64,000 nucleotides of DNA from NCBI RefSeq assembly GCF_009914755.1, contig NC_060925.1. One strand, given 5' to 3'. A program made the position numbers and the translations under genes. Below the pieces are notes generated by a model. The model worked only from the letters and a program-made list of their open reading frames with translations, was not told the origin of the DNA and searched no databases. Positions within the stretch are counted from its first letter, which is position 1. Every line of letters begins with the position of its first letter. Source of the stretch: the human T2T-CHM13v2.0 reference genome, Homo sapiens. Positions 13,501 through 29,292 of the stretch are shown one piece after another.

Positions 13501-16500
13501 ATCATCATCAAATGGAATCGAATGGAATCATAATCAAATGGAATCTAATGGAATCATTGAACAGAATTGAATGGAATCGTCATCGAATGAATTGAATGCA
13601 ATCATCGAATGGTCTCGAATGGAATCATCTTCTAATGGAAAGGAATGGAATCATCGCATAGAATCGAATGGAATTATCATCGAATGGAATCGAATGGTAT
13701 CAACACCAAACGGAAAAAAACGGAATTATCGAATGGAATCGAAGAGAATCTTCGAACGGACCCGAATGGAATCATCTAATGGAATGGAATGGAATAATCC
13801 ATGGACTCGAATGCAATCATCATCGAATGGAATCGAATGGAATCATCGAATGGACTCGAATGGAATAATCATTGAACGGAATCGATTGGAATCATCATCG
13901 GATGGAAACGAATGGAATCATCATCGAATGGAAATGAAAGGAGTCATCATCTAATGGAATTGCATGGAATCATCATAAAATGGAATCGAATGGAATCAAC
14001 ATCAAATGGAATCAAATGGAATCATTGAACGGAATTGAATGGAATCGTCATCGAATGAATTGACTGCAATCATCGAATGGTCTCGAATGGAATCATCTTC
14101 AAATGGAATGGAATGGAATCATCGCATAGAATCGAATGGAATTATCATCGAATGGAATCGAATGGAATCAACATCCAACGGAAAAAAACGGAATTATCGA
14201 ATGGAATCGAAGAGAATCATCGAATGGACCCGAATGGAATCATCTAATGGAATGGAATGGAATAATCCATGGACTCGAATGCAATCATCATCGAATGGAA
14301 TCGAATGGAATCATCGAATGGACTCGAATGGAATAATCATTGAACGGAATCGAATGGAATCATCATCGGATGGAAATGAATGGAATCATCATCGAATGGA
14401 ATCGAATAGAATTATGGAATGAAATCCAGTGTGATCATCATCGAATGGACCCGAATGGAATCATCATCCAACGGAAGCTAATGGAATCAACATCGAATGA
14501 ATCGAATGGAAACACCATCGAATTGAAACGAATGGAATTATCATGAAATTGAAATGGATGGACTCATCATCGAATGGATTCGAATGGAATCATCGAATAA
14601 AATTGATTGAAATCATCATCGAATGGAATCGAATGGTATCATTGAATGGAATCGAATGGAATCATCATCAGATGGAAATGAATGGAATCGTCATAGAATG
14701 GAATCGAATGGATTCATTGAATGGAATCAGATGGAATCATCGAATGGACTGGAATGGAATCATTGAATGGACTCGAAAGGGATCATGATTGAATGGAATT
14801 GAATGGAATCATCGAATGGTCTCGATTGGAATCATTATCAAATGGAATCGAATGGAATCACCGAATAGAATCGAATGGAAGAATCATCGAATGGACTCAA
14901 ATGGAATTATCCTCCAATGGAATCGAATGGAATTATCGAATGCAATCGAATGGAATTATCGAATGCAATCGAATAGAATCATCGAATGGACTCGAATGGA
15001 ATCATCGAATGGAATGGAATGGAACAGTCAATGAACTCGAATGGAATCATCATTGAATGGAATCGAATGGAATCATCGAGTGGAATCGAATGGAATTATG
15101 ATCAAATGGAATCGAATGTAATCCTCATCAAATGGAATCAAAAATAACCATCATCAATTGGTATTGAATGGAATTGTCATCAAATGGAATTCAAAGGAAT
15201 CATCATCAAATGGAACCGAATGGAATCCTCATTGAATGGAAATGAAAGGGGTCATCATCTAATGGAATCGCATGGAATCATCATCAAATGGAATCGAATG
15301 GAATCATCATCAAATGGAATCTAATGGAATCATTGAACAGAATTGAATGGAATCGTCATCGAATGAATTGAATGCAATCATCGAATGGTCTCGAATGGAA
15401 TCATCTTCTAATGGAAAGGAATGGAATCATCGCATAGAATCGAATGGAATTATCATCGAATGGAATCGAATGGTATCAACACCAAACGGAAAAAAACGGA
15501 ATTATCGAATGGAATCGAAGAGAATCTTCGAACGGACCCGAATGGAATCATCTAATGGAATGCAATGGAATAATCCATGGACTCGAATGCAATCATCATC
15601 GAATGGAATCGAATGGAATCATCGAATGGACTCGAATGTAATAATCATTGAACGGAATCGAATGGAATCATCATCGGATGGAAACGAATGGAATCATCAT
15701 CGAATGGAAATGAAAGGAGTCATCATCTAATGGAATTGCATGGAATCATCATAAAATGCAATCGAATGGAATCAACATCAAATGGAATCAAATGGAATCA
15801 TTGAATGGAATTGAATGGAATCGTCATCGAATGAATTGACTGCAATCATCGAATGGTCTCGAATGGAATCATCTTCAAATGGAATGGAATGGAATCATCG
15901 CATAGAATCGAATGGAATTATCATCGAATGGAATCGAATGGAATCAACATCAAACGGAAAAAAACAGAATTATCGTATGGAATCTAAGAGAATCATCGAA
16001 TGGACCCGAATGGAATCATCTAATGGAATGGAATGGAATAATCCATGGACTCGAATGCAATCATCATCGAATGGAATCGAATGGAATCATCGAATGGACT
16101 CGAATGGAATAATCATTGAACGGAATTGAATGGAATCATCATCGGATGGAAATGAATGGAATCATCATCGAATGGAATCGAATAGAATTATGGAATGAAA
16201 TCCAGTGTGATCATCATCGAATGGACCCGAATGGAATCATCATCCAACGGAAGCTAATGGAATCAACATCGAATGAATCGAATGGAAACACCATCGAATT
16301 GAAACGAATGGAATTATCATGAAATTGAAATGGATGGACTCATCATCGAATGGATTCGAATGGAATCATCGAATAAAATTGATTGAAATCATCATCCAAT
16401 GGAATCGAATGGTATCATTGAATGGAATCGAATGGAATCATCATCAGATGGAAATGAATGGAATCGTCATAGAATGGAATCGAATGGATTCATTGAATGG

Positions 16501-19500
16501 AATCAGATGGAATCATCGAATGGACTGGAATGGAATCATTGAATGGACTCGAAAGGGATCATGATTGAATGGAATTGAATGGAATCATCGAATGGTCTCG
16601 ATTGGAATCATTATCAAATGGAATCGAATGGAATCACCGAATAGAATCGAATGGAACAATCATCAAATGGACTCAAATGGAATTATCCTCCAATGGAATC
16701 GAATGGAATTATCGAATGCAATCGAATGGAATTATCGAATGCAATCGAATAGAATCATCGAATGGACTCGAATGGAATCATCGAATGGAATGGAATGGAA
16801 CAGTCAATGAACTCGAATGGAATCATCATTGAATGGAATCGAATGGAATCATCGAGTGGAATCGAATGGAATTATGATCAAATGGAATCGAATGTAATCA
16901 TCATCAAATGGAATCAAAAATAACCATCATCAATTGGTATTGAATGGAATTGTCATCAAATGGAATTCAAAGGAATCATCATCAAATGGAACCGAATGGA
17001 ATCCTCATTGAATGGAAATGAAAGGGGTCATCATCTAATGGAATCGCATGGAATCATCATCAAATGGAATCGAATGGAATCATCATCAAATGGAATCTAA
17101 TGGAATCATTGAACAGAATTGAATGGAATCGTCATCGAATGAATTGAATGCAATCATCGAATGGTCTCGAATGGAATCATCTTCTAATGGAAAGGAATGG
17201 AATCATCGCATAGAATCGAATGGAATTATCATCGAATGGAATCGAATGGTATCAACACCAAACGGAAAAAAACGGAATTATCGAATGGAATCGAAGAGAA
17301 TCTTCGAACGGACCCGAATGGAATCATCTAATGGAATGGAATGGAATAATCCATGGACTCGAATGCAATCATCATCGAATGGAATGGAATGGAATCATCG
17401 AATGGACTCGAATGGAATAATCATTGAACGGAATCGAATGGAATCATCATCGGATGGAAATGAATGGAATCATCATCGAATGGAAATGAAAGGAGTCATC
17501 ATCTAATGGAATTGCATGGAATCATCATAAAATGGAATCGAATGGAATCAACATCAAATGGAATCAAATGGAATCATTGAACGGAATTGAATGGAATCGT
17601 CATCGAATGAATTGACTGCAATCATCGAATGGTCTCGAATGGAATCATCTTCAAATGGAATGGAATGGAATCATCGCATAGAATCGAATGGAATTATCAT
17701 CGAATGGAATCGAATGGAATCAACATCAAACGGAAAAAAACGGAATTATCGAATGGAATCGAAGAGAATCATCGAATGGACCCGAATGGAATCATCTAAT
17801 GGAATGGAATGGAATAATCCATGGACTCGAATGCAATCATCATCGAATGGAATCGAATGGAATCATCGCATGGACTCGAATGGAATAATCATTGAACGGA
17901 ATCGAATGGAATCATCATCGGATGGAAATGAATGGAATCATCATCGAATGGAATCGAATAGAATTATGGAATGAAATCCAGTGTGATCATCATCGAATGG
18001 ACCCGAATGGAATCATCATCCAACGGAAGCTAATGGAATCAACATCGAATGAATCGAATGGAAACACCATCGAATTGAAACGAATGGAATTATCATGAAA
18101 TTGAAATGGATGGACTCATCATCGAATGGATTCGAATGGAATCATCGAATAAAATTGATTGAAATCATCATCCAATGGAATCGAATGGTATCATTGAATG
18201 GAATCGAATGGAATCATCATCAGATGGAAATGAATGGAATCGTCATAGAATGGAATCGAATGGATTCATTGAATGGAATCAGATGGAATCATCGAATGGA
18301 CTGGAATGGAATCATTGAATGGACTCGAAAGGGATCATGATTGAATGGAATTGAATGGAATCATCGAATGGTCTCGATTGGAATCATTATCAAATGGAAT
18401 CGAATGGAATCACCGAATAGAATCGAATGGAACAATCATCGAATGGACTCAAATGGAATTATCCTCAAATGGAATCGAATGGAATTATCGAATGCAATCG
18501 AATGGAATTATCGAATGCAATCGAATAGAATCATCGAATGGACTCGAATGGAATCATCGAATGGAATGGAATGGAACAGTCAATGAACTCGAATGGAATC
18601 ATCATTGAATGGAATCGAATGGAATCATCGAGTGGAATCGAATGGAATTATGATCAAATGGAATCGAATGTAATCATCATCAAATGGAATCAAAAATAAC
18701 CATCATCAATTGGTATTGAATGGAATTGTCATCAAATGGAATTCAAAGGAATCATCATCAAATGGAACCGAATGGAATCCTCATTGAATGGAAATGAAAG
18801 GGGTCATCATCTAATGGAATCGCATGGAATCATCATCAAATGGAATCGAATGGAATCATCATCAAATGGAATCTAATGGAATCATTGAACAGAATTGAAT
18901 GGAATCGTCATCGAATGAATTGAATGCAATCATCGAATGGTCTCGAATGGAATCATCTTCTAATGGAAAGGAATGGAATCATCGCATAGAATCGAATGGA
19001 ATTATCATCGAATGGAATCGAATGGTATCAACACCAAACGGAAAAATACGGAATTATCGAATGGAATCGAAGAGAATCTTCGAACGGACCCGAATGGAAT
19101 CATCTAATGGAATGGAATGGAATAATCCATGGACTCGAATGCAATCATCATCGAATGGAATCGACTGGAATCATCGAATGGACTCGAATGGAATAATCAT
19201 TGAATGGAATCGAATGGAATCATCATCGGATGGAAACGAATGGAATCATCATCGAATGGAAATGAAAGGAGTCATCATCTAATGGAATTGCATGGAATCA
19301 TCATAAAATGGAATCGAATGGAATCAACATCAAATGGAATCAAATGGAATCATTGAACGGAATTGAATGGAATCGTCATCGAATGAATTGACTGCAATCA
19401 TCGAATGGTCTCGAATGGAATCATCTTCAAATGGAATGGAATGGAATCATCGCATAGAATCGAATGGAATTATCATCGAATGGAATCGAATGGAATCAAC

Positions 19501-22500
19501 ATCAAACGGAAAAAAACGGAATTATCGAATGGAATCGAAGAGAATCATCGAATGGACCCGAATGGAATCATCTAATGGAATGGAATGGAATAATCCATGG
19601 ACTCGAATGCAATCATCATCGAATGGAATCGAATGGAATCATCGAATGGACTCGAATGGAATAATCATTGAACGGAATCGAATGGAATCATCATCGGATG
19701 GAAATGAATGGAATCATCATCGAATGGAATCGAATAGAATTATGGAATGAAATCCAGTGTGATCATCATCGAATGGACCCGAATGGAATCATCATCCAAC
19801 GGAAGCTAATGGAATCAACATCGAATGAATCGAATGGAAACACCATCGAATTGAAACGAATGGAATTATCATGAAATTGAAATGGATGGACTCATCATCG
19901 AATGGATTCGAATGGAATCATCGAATAAAATTGATTGAAATCATCATCCAATGGAATCGAATGGTATCATTGAATGGAAACGAATAGAATCATCATCAGA
20001 TGGAAATGAATGGAATCGTCATAGAATGGAATCGAATGGATTCATTGAATGGAATCAGATGGAATCATCGAATGGACTGGAATGGAATCATTGAATGGAC
20101 TCGAAAGGGATCATGATTGAATGGAATTGAATGGAATCATCGAATGGTCTCGATTGGAATCATTATCAAATGGAATCGAATGGAATCACCGAATAGAATC
20201 GAATGGAACAATCATCGAATGGACTCAAATGGAATTATCCTCCAATGGAATCGAATGGAATTATCGAATGCAATCGAATGGAATTATCGAATGCAATCGA
20301 ATAGAATCATCGAATGGACTCGAATGGAATCATCGAATGGAATGGAATGGAACAGTCAATGAACTCGAATGGAATCATCATTGAATGGAATCGAATGGAA
20401 TCATCGAGTGGAATCGAATGGAATTATGATCAAATGGAATCGAATGTAATCATCATCAAATGGAATCAAAAATAACCATCATCAATTGGTATTGAATGGA
20501 ATTGTCATCAAATGGAATTCAAAGGAATCATCATCAAATGGAACCGAATGGAATCCTCATTGAATGGAAATGAAAGGGGTCATCATCTAATGGAATCGCA
20601 TGGAATCATCATCAAATGGAATCGAATGGAATCATCATCAAATGGAATCTAATGGAATCATTGAACAGAATTGAATGGAATCGTCATCGAATGAATTGAA
20701 TGCAATCATCGAATGGTCTCGAATGGAATCATCTTCTAATGGAAAGGAATGGAATCATCGCATAGAATCGAATGGAATTATCATCGAATGGAATCAAATG
20801 GTATCAACACCAAACGGAAAAAAACGGAATTATCGAATGGAATCGAAGAGAATCTTCGAACGGACCCGAATGGAATCATCTAATGGAATGGAATGGAATA
20901 ATCCATGGACGCGAATGCAATCATCATCGAATGGAATGGAATGGAATCATCGAATGGACTCGAATGGAATAATCATTGAACGGAATCGAATGGAATCATC
21001 ATCGGATGGAAACGAATGGAATCATCATCGAATGGAAATGAAAGGAGTCATCATCTAATGGAATTGCATGGAATCATCATAAAATGGAATCGAAAGGAAT
21101 CAACATCAAATGGAATCAAATGGAATCATTGAACGGAATTGAATGGAATCGTCATCGAATGAATTGACTGCAATCATCGAATGGTCTCGAATGGAATCAT
21201 CTTCAAATGGAATGGAATGGAATCATCGCATAGAATCGAATGGAATTATCATCGAATGGAATCGAATGGAATCAACATCAAATGGAAAAAAACGGAATTA
21301 TCGAATGGAATCGAAGAGAATCATCGAATGGACCCGAATGGAATCATCTAATGGAATGGAATGGAATAATCCATGGACTCGAATGCAATCATCATCGAAT
21401 GGAATCGAATGGAATCATCGAATGGACTCGAATGGAATAATCATTGAACGGAATCGAATGGAATCATCATCGGATGGAAATGAATGGAATCATCATCGAA
21501 TGGAATCGAATATAATTATGGAATGAAATCCAGTGTGATCATCATCGAATGGACCCGAATGGAATCATCATCCAACGGAAGCTAATGGAATCAACATCGA
21601 ATGAATCGAATGGAAACACCATCGAATTGAAACGAATGGAATTATTATGAAATTGAAATGGATGGACTCATCATCGAATGGATTCGAATGGAATCATCGA
21701 ATAAAATTGATTGAAATCATCATCCAATGGAATCGAATGGTATCATTGAATGGAATCGAATGGAATCATCATCAGATGGAAATGAATGGAATCGTCATAG
21801 AATGGAATCGAATGGATTCATTGAATGGAATCAGATGGAATCATCGAATGGACTGGAATGGAATCATTGAATGGACTCGAAAGGGATCATGATTGAATGG
21901 AATTGAATGGAATCATCGAATGGTCTCGATTGGAATCATTATCAAATGGAATCGAATGGAATCACCGAATAGAATCGAATGGAACAATCATCGAATGGAC
22001 TCAAATGGAATTATCCTCAAATGGAATCGAATGGAATTATCGAATGCAATCGAATGGAATTATCGAATGCAATCGAATAGAATCATCGAATGGACTCGAA
22101 TGGAATCATCGAATGGAATGGAATGGAACAGTCAATGAACTCGAATGGAATCATCATTGATTGGAATCGAATGGAATCATCGAGTGGAATCGAATGGAAT
22201 TATGATCAAATGGAATCGAATGTAATCATCATCAAATGGAATCAAAAATAACCATCATCAATTGGTATTGAATGGAATTGTCATCAAATGGAATTCAAAG
22301 GAATCATCATCAAATGGAACCGAATGGAATCCTCATTGAATGGAAATGAAAGGGGTCATCATCTAATGGAAGCGCATGGAATCATCATCAAATGGAATCG
22401 AATGGAATCATCATCAAATGGAATCTAATGGAATCATTGAACAGAATTGAATGGAATCGTCATCGAATGAGTTGAATGCAATCATCGAATGGTCTCGAAT

Positions 22501-24066
22501 GGAATCATCTTCTAATGGAAAGGAATGGAATCATCGCATAGAATCGAATGGAATTATCATCGAATGGAATCGAATGGTATCAACACCAAACGGAAAAAAA
22601 CGGAATTATCGAATGGAATCGAAGAGAATCTTCGAACGGACCCGAATGGAATCATCTAATGGAATGGAATGGAATAATCCATGGACTCGAATGCAATCAT
22701 CATCGAATGGAATCGAATGGAATCATCGAATGGACTCGAATGGAATAATCATTGAACGGAATCGAATGGAATCATCATCGGATGGAAACGAATGGAATCA
22801 TCATCGAATGGAAATGAAAGGAGTCATCATCTAATGGAATTGCATGGAATCATCATAAAATGCAATCGAATGGAATCAACATCAAATGGAATCAAATGGA
22901 ATCATTGAACGGAATTGAATGGAATCGTCATCGAATGAATTGACTGCAATCATCGAATGGTCTCGAATGGAATCATCTTCAAATGGAATGGAATGGAATC
23001 ATCGCATAGAATCGAATGGAATTATCATCGAATGGAATCGAATGGAATCAACATCAAACGGAAAAAAACAGAATTATCGTATGGAATCTAAGAGAATCAT
23101 CGAATGGACCCGAATGGAATCATCTAATGGAATGGAATGGAATAATCCATGGACTCGAATGCAATCATCATCGAATGGAATCGAATGGAATCATCGAATG
23201 GACTCGAATGGAATAATCATTGAACGGAATCGAATGGAATCATCATCGGATGGAAATGAATGGAATCATCATCGAATGGAATCGAATAGAATTATGGAAT
23301 GAAATCCAGTGTGATCATCATCGAATGGACCCGAATGGAATCATCATCCAACGGAAGCTAATGGAATCAACATCGAATGAATCGAATGGAAACACCATCG
23401 AATTGAAACGAATGGAATTATCATGAAATTGAAATGGATGGACACATCATCGAATGGATTCGAATGGAATCATCGAATAAAATTGATTGAAATCATCATC
23501 AAATGGAATCGAATGGTATCATTGAATGGAATCGAATGGAATCATCATCAGATGGAAATGAATGGAATCGTCATAGAATGGAATCGAATGGATTCATTGA
23601 ATGGAATCAGATGGAATCATCGAATGGACTGGAATGGAATCATTGAATGGACTCGAAAGGGATCATTATTGAATGGAATTGAATGGAATCATCGAATGGT
23701 CTCGATTGGAATCATTACCAAATGGAATCGAATGGAATCACCGAATAGAATCGAATGGAACAATCATCGAATGGACTCAAATGGAATTATCCTCAAATGG
23801 AATCGAATGGAATTATCGAATGCAATCGAATGGAATTATCGAATGCAATCGAATAGAATCATCGAATGGACTCGAATGGAATCATCGAATGGAATGGAAT
23901 GGAACAGTCAATGAACTCGAATGGAATCATCATTGAATGGAATCGAATGGAATCATCGAGTGGAATCGAATGGAATTATGATCAAATGGAATCGAATGTA
24001 TTCATCATCAAATGGAATCAAAAATAACCATCATCAATTGGTATTGAATGGAATTGTCATCAAATG

Positions 24067-25741
24067 GAATTCAAAGGAATCATCATCAAATGGAACCGAA
24101 TGGAATCCTCATTGAATGGAAATGAAAGGGGTCATCATCTAATGGAATCGCATGGAATCATCATCAAATGGAATCGAATGGAATCATCATCAAATGGAAT
24201 CTAATGGAATCATTGAACAGAATTGAATGGAATCGTCATCGAATGAATTGAATGCAATCATCGAATGGTCTCGAATGGAATCATCTTCTAATGGAAAGGA
24301 ATGGAATCATCGCATAGAATCGAATGGAATTATCATCGAATGGAATCGAATGGTATCAACACCAAACGGAAAAAAACGGAATTATCGAATGGAATCGAAG
24401 AGAATCTTCGAACGGACCCGAATGGAATCATCTAATGGAATGGAATGGAATAATCCATGGACTCGAATGCAATCATCATCGAATGGAAATGAAAGGAGTC
24501 ATCATCTAATGGAATTGCATGGAATCATCATAAAATGGAATCAAATGGAATCAACCTCAAATGGAATCAAGTGGAATCATTGAACGGAATTGAATGGAAT
24601 CGTCATCGAATGAATTGACTGCAATCATCGAATGGTCTCGAATGGAATCATCTTCAAATGGAATGGAATGGAATCATCGCATAGAATCGAATGGAATTAT
24701 CATCGAATGGAATCGAATGGAATCAACATCAAACGGAAAAAAACGGAATTATCGAATGGAATCGAAGAGAATCATCGAATGGACCCGAATGGAATCATCT
24801 AATGGAATGGAATGGAATAATCCATGGACTCGAATGCAATCATCATCGAATGGAATCGAATGGAATCATCGAATGGACTCGAATGGAATAATCATTGAAC
24901 GGAATCGAATGGAATCATCATCGGATGGAAATGAATGGAATCATCATCGAATGGAATCGAATAGAATTATGGAATGAAATCCAGTGTGATCATCATCGAA
25001 TGGACCCGAATGGAATCATCATCCAACGGAAGCTAATGGAATCAACATCGAATGAATCGAATGGAAACACCATCGAATTGAAACGAATGGAATTATCATG
25101 AAATTGAAATGGATGGACTCATCATCGAATGGATTCGAATGGAATCATCGAATAAAATTGATTGAAATCATCATCGAATGGAATCGAATGGTATCATTGA
25201 ATGGAATCGAATGGAATCATCATCAGATGGAAATGAATGGAATCGTCATAGAATGGAATCGAATGGATTCATTGAATGGAATCAGATGGAATCATCGAAT
25301 GGACTGGAATGGAATCATTGAATGGACTCGAAAGGGATCATGATTGAATGGAATTGAATGGAATCATCGAATGGTCTCGATTGGAATCATTATCAAATGG
25401 AATCGAATGGAATCACCGAATAGAATCGAATGGAACAATCATCGAATGGACTCAAATGGAATTATCCTCCAATGGAATCGAATGGAATTATCGAATGCTA
25501 TCGAATGGAATTATCGAATGCAATCGAATAGAATCATCGAAAGGACTCGAATGGAATCATCGAATGGAATGGAATGGAACAGTCAATGAACTCGAATGGA
25601 ATCATCATTGAATGGAATCGAATGGAATCATCGAGTGGAATCGAATGGAATTATGATCAAATGGAATCGAATGTAATCATCATCAAATGGAATCAAAAAT
25701 AACCATCATCAATTGGTATTGAATGGAATTGTCATCAAATG
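24067..25741 (+). repeat. Variant unit, 1675 bp (101-bp deletion near 24471-24488)
   Basis: Anchor spacing 24227 to 25902 is 1675. GCAATCATCATCGAATGGAA joins directly to ATGAAAGGAGTC. Confidence 0.92.
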
Positions 25742-27517
25742 GAATTCAAAGGAATCATCATCAAATGGAACCGAATGGAATCCTCATTGAATGGAAATGA
25801 AAGGGGTCATCATCTAATGGAATCGCATGGAATCATCATCAAATGGAATCGAATGGAATCATCATCAAATGGAATCTAATGGAATCATTGAACAGAATTG
25901 AATGGAATCGTCATCGAATGAATTGAATGCAATCATCGAATGGTCTCGAATGGAATCATCTTCTAATGGAAAGGAATGGAATCATCGCATAGAATCGAAT
26001 GGAATTATCATCGAATGGAATCGAATGGTATCAACACCAAACGGAAAAAAACGGAATTATCGAATGGAATCGAAGAGAATCTTCGAACGGACCCGAATGG
26101 AATCATCTAATGGAATGGAATGGAATAATCCATGGACTCGAATGCAATCATCATCGAATGGAATCGAATGGAATCATCGAATGGACTCGAATGGAATAAT
26201 CATTGAACGGAATCGAATGGAATCATCATCGGATGGAAATGAATGGAATCATCATCGAATGGAAATGAAAGGAGTCATCATCTAATGGAATTGCATGGAA
26301 TCATCATAAAATGGAATCAAATGGAATCAACCTCAAATGGAATCAAGTGGAATCATTGAACGGAATTGAATGGAATCGTCATCGAATGAATTGAATGCAA
26401 TCATCGAATGGTCTCGAATGGAATCATCTTCAAATGGAATGGAATGGAATCATCGCATAGAATCGAATGGAATTATCATCGAATGGAATCGAATGGAATC
26501 AACATCAAACGGAAAAAAACGGAATTATCGAATGGAATCGAAGAGAATCATCGAATGGACCCGAATGGAATCATCTAATGGAATGGAATGGAATAATCCA
26601 TGGACTCGAATGCAATCATCATCGAATGGAATCGAATGGAATCATCGAATGGACTCGAATGGAATAATCATTGAACGGAATCGAATGGAATCATCATCGG
26701 ATGGAAATGAATGGAATCATCATCGAATGGAATCGAATAGAATTATGGAATGAAATCCAGTGTGATCATCATCGAATGGACCCGAATGGAATCATCATCC
26801 AACGGAAGCTAATGGAATCAACATCGAATGAATCGAATGGAAACACCATCGAATTGAAACGAATGGAATTATCATGAAATTGAAATGGATGGACTCATCA
26901 TCGAATGGATTCGAATGGAATCATCGAATAAAATTGATTGAAATCATCATCGAATGGAATCGAATGGTATCATTGAATGGAATCGAATGGAATCATCATC
27001 AGATGGAAATGAATGGAATCGTCATAGAATGGAATCGAATGGATTCATTGAATGGAATCAGATGGAATCATCGAATGGACTGGAATGGAATCATTGAATG
27101 GACTCGAAAGGGATCATGATTGAATGGAATTGAATGGAATCATCGAATGGTCTCGATTGGAATCATTATCAAATGGAATCGAATGGAATCACCGAATAGA
27201 ATCGAATGGAACAATCATCGAATGGACTCAAATGGAATTATCCTCCAATGGAATCGAATGGAATTATCGAATGCTATCGAATGGAATTATCGAATGCAAT
27301 CGAATAGAATCATCGAATGGACTCGAATGGAATCATCGAATGGAATGGAATGGAACAGTCAATGAACTCGAATGGAATCATCATTGAATGGAATCGAATG
27401 GAATCATCGAGTGGAATCGAATGGAATTATGATCAAATGGAATCGAATGTAATCATCATCAAATGGAATCAAAAATAACCATCATCAATTGGTATTGAAT
27501 GGAATTGTCATCAAATG

Positions 27518-29292
27518 GAATTCAAAGGAATCATCATCAAATGGAACCGAATGGAATCCTCATTGAATGGAAATGAAAGGGGTCATCATCTAATGGAATC
27601 GCATGGAATCATCATCAAATGGAATCGAATGGAATCATCATCAAATGGAATCTAATGGAATCATTGAACAGAATTGAATGGAATCGTCATCGAATGAATT
27701 GAATGCAATCATCGAATGGTCTCGAATGGAATCATCTTCTAATGGAAAGGAATGGAATCATCGCATAGAATCGAATGGAATTATCATCGAATGGAATCGA
27801 ATGGTATCAACACCAAACGGAAAAAAACGGAATTATCGAATGGAATCGAAGAGAATCTTCGAACGGACCCGAATGGAATCATCTAATGGAATGGAATGGA
27901 ATAATCCATGGACTCGAATGCAATCATCATCGAATGGAATGGAATGGAATCATCGAATGGACTCGAATGGAATAATCATTGAACGGAATCGAATGGAATC
28001 ATCATCGGATGGAAACGAATGGAATCATCATCGAATGGAAATGAAAGGAGTCATCATCTAATGGAATTGCATGGAATCATCATAAAATGGAATCGAATGG
28101 AATCAACATCAAATGGAATCAAATGGAATCATTGAACGGAATTGAATGGAATCGTCATTGAATGAATTGACTGCAATCATCGAATGGTCTCGAATGGAAT
28201 CATCTTCAAATGGAATGGAATGGAATCATCGCATAGAATCGAATGGAATTATCATCGAATGGAATCGAATGGAATCAACATCAAATGGAAAAAACGGAAT
28301 TATCGAATGGAATCGAAGAGAATCATCGAATGGACCCGAATGGAATCATCTAATGGAATGGAATGGAATAATCCATGGACTCGAATGCAATCATCATCGA
28401 ATGGAATCGAATGGAATCATCGAATGGACTCGAATGGAATAATCATTGAACGGAATCGAATGGAATCATCATCGGATGGAAATGAATGGAATCATCATCG
28501 AATGGAATCGAATAGAATTATGGAATGAAATCCAGTGTGATCATCATCGAATGGACCCGAATGGAATCATCATCCAACGGAAGCTAATGGAATCAACATC
28601 GAATGAATCGAATGGAAACACCATCGAATTGAAACGAATGGAATTATCATGAAATTGAAATGGATGGACTCATCATCGAATGGATTCGAATGGAATCATC
28701 GAATAAAATTGATTGAAATCATCATCGAATGGAATCGAATGGTATCATTGAATGGAATCGAATGGAATCATCATCAGATGGAAATGAATGGAATTGTCAT
28801 AGAATGGAATCGAATGGATTCATTGAATGGAATCAGATGGAATCATCGAATGGACTGGAATGGAATCATTGAATGGACTCGAAAGGGATCATGATTGAAT
28901 GGAATTGAATGGAATCATCGAATGGTCTCGATTGGAATCATTATCAAATGGAATCGAATGGAATCACCGAATAGAATCGAATGGAACAATCATCGAATGG
29001 ACTCAAATGGAATTATCCTCAAATGGAATCGAATGGAATTATCGAATGCAATCGAATGGAATTATCGAATGCAATCGAATAGAATCATCGAAAGGACTCG
29101 AATGGAATCATCGAATGGAATGGAATGGAACAGTCAATGAACTCGAATGGAATCATCATTGAATGGAATCGAATGGAATCGTCGAGTGGAATCGAATGGA
29201 ATTATTATCAAATGGAATCGAATGTAATCATCATCAAATGGAATCAAAAATAACCATCATCAATTGGTATTGAATGGAATTGTCATCAAATG
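27518..29292 (+). repeat. Variant unit, 1775 bp (A7 to A6 contraction at 28289-28294)
   Basis: Anchor spacing 27678 to 29453 is 1775. The sequence is TGGAAAAAACGG with six A instead of seven. Confidence 0.85.

Noticed and set aside
28281-28300. 1-bp frameshift (A7 to A6) that swaps ORF frames, as in programmed frameshifting or phase variation
   Set aside because: The ORFs are not genes. This is a simple homopolymer slip or a sequencing error.
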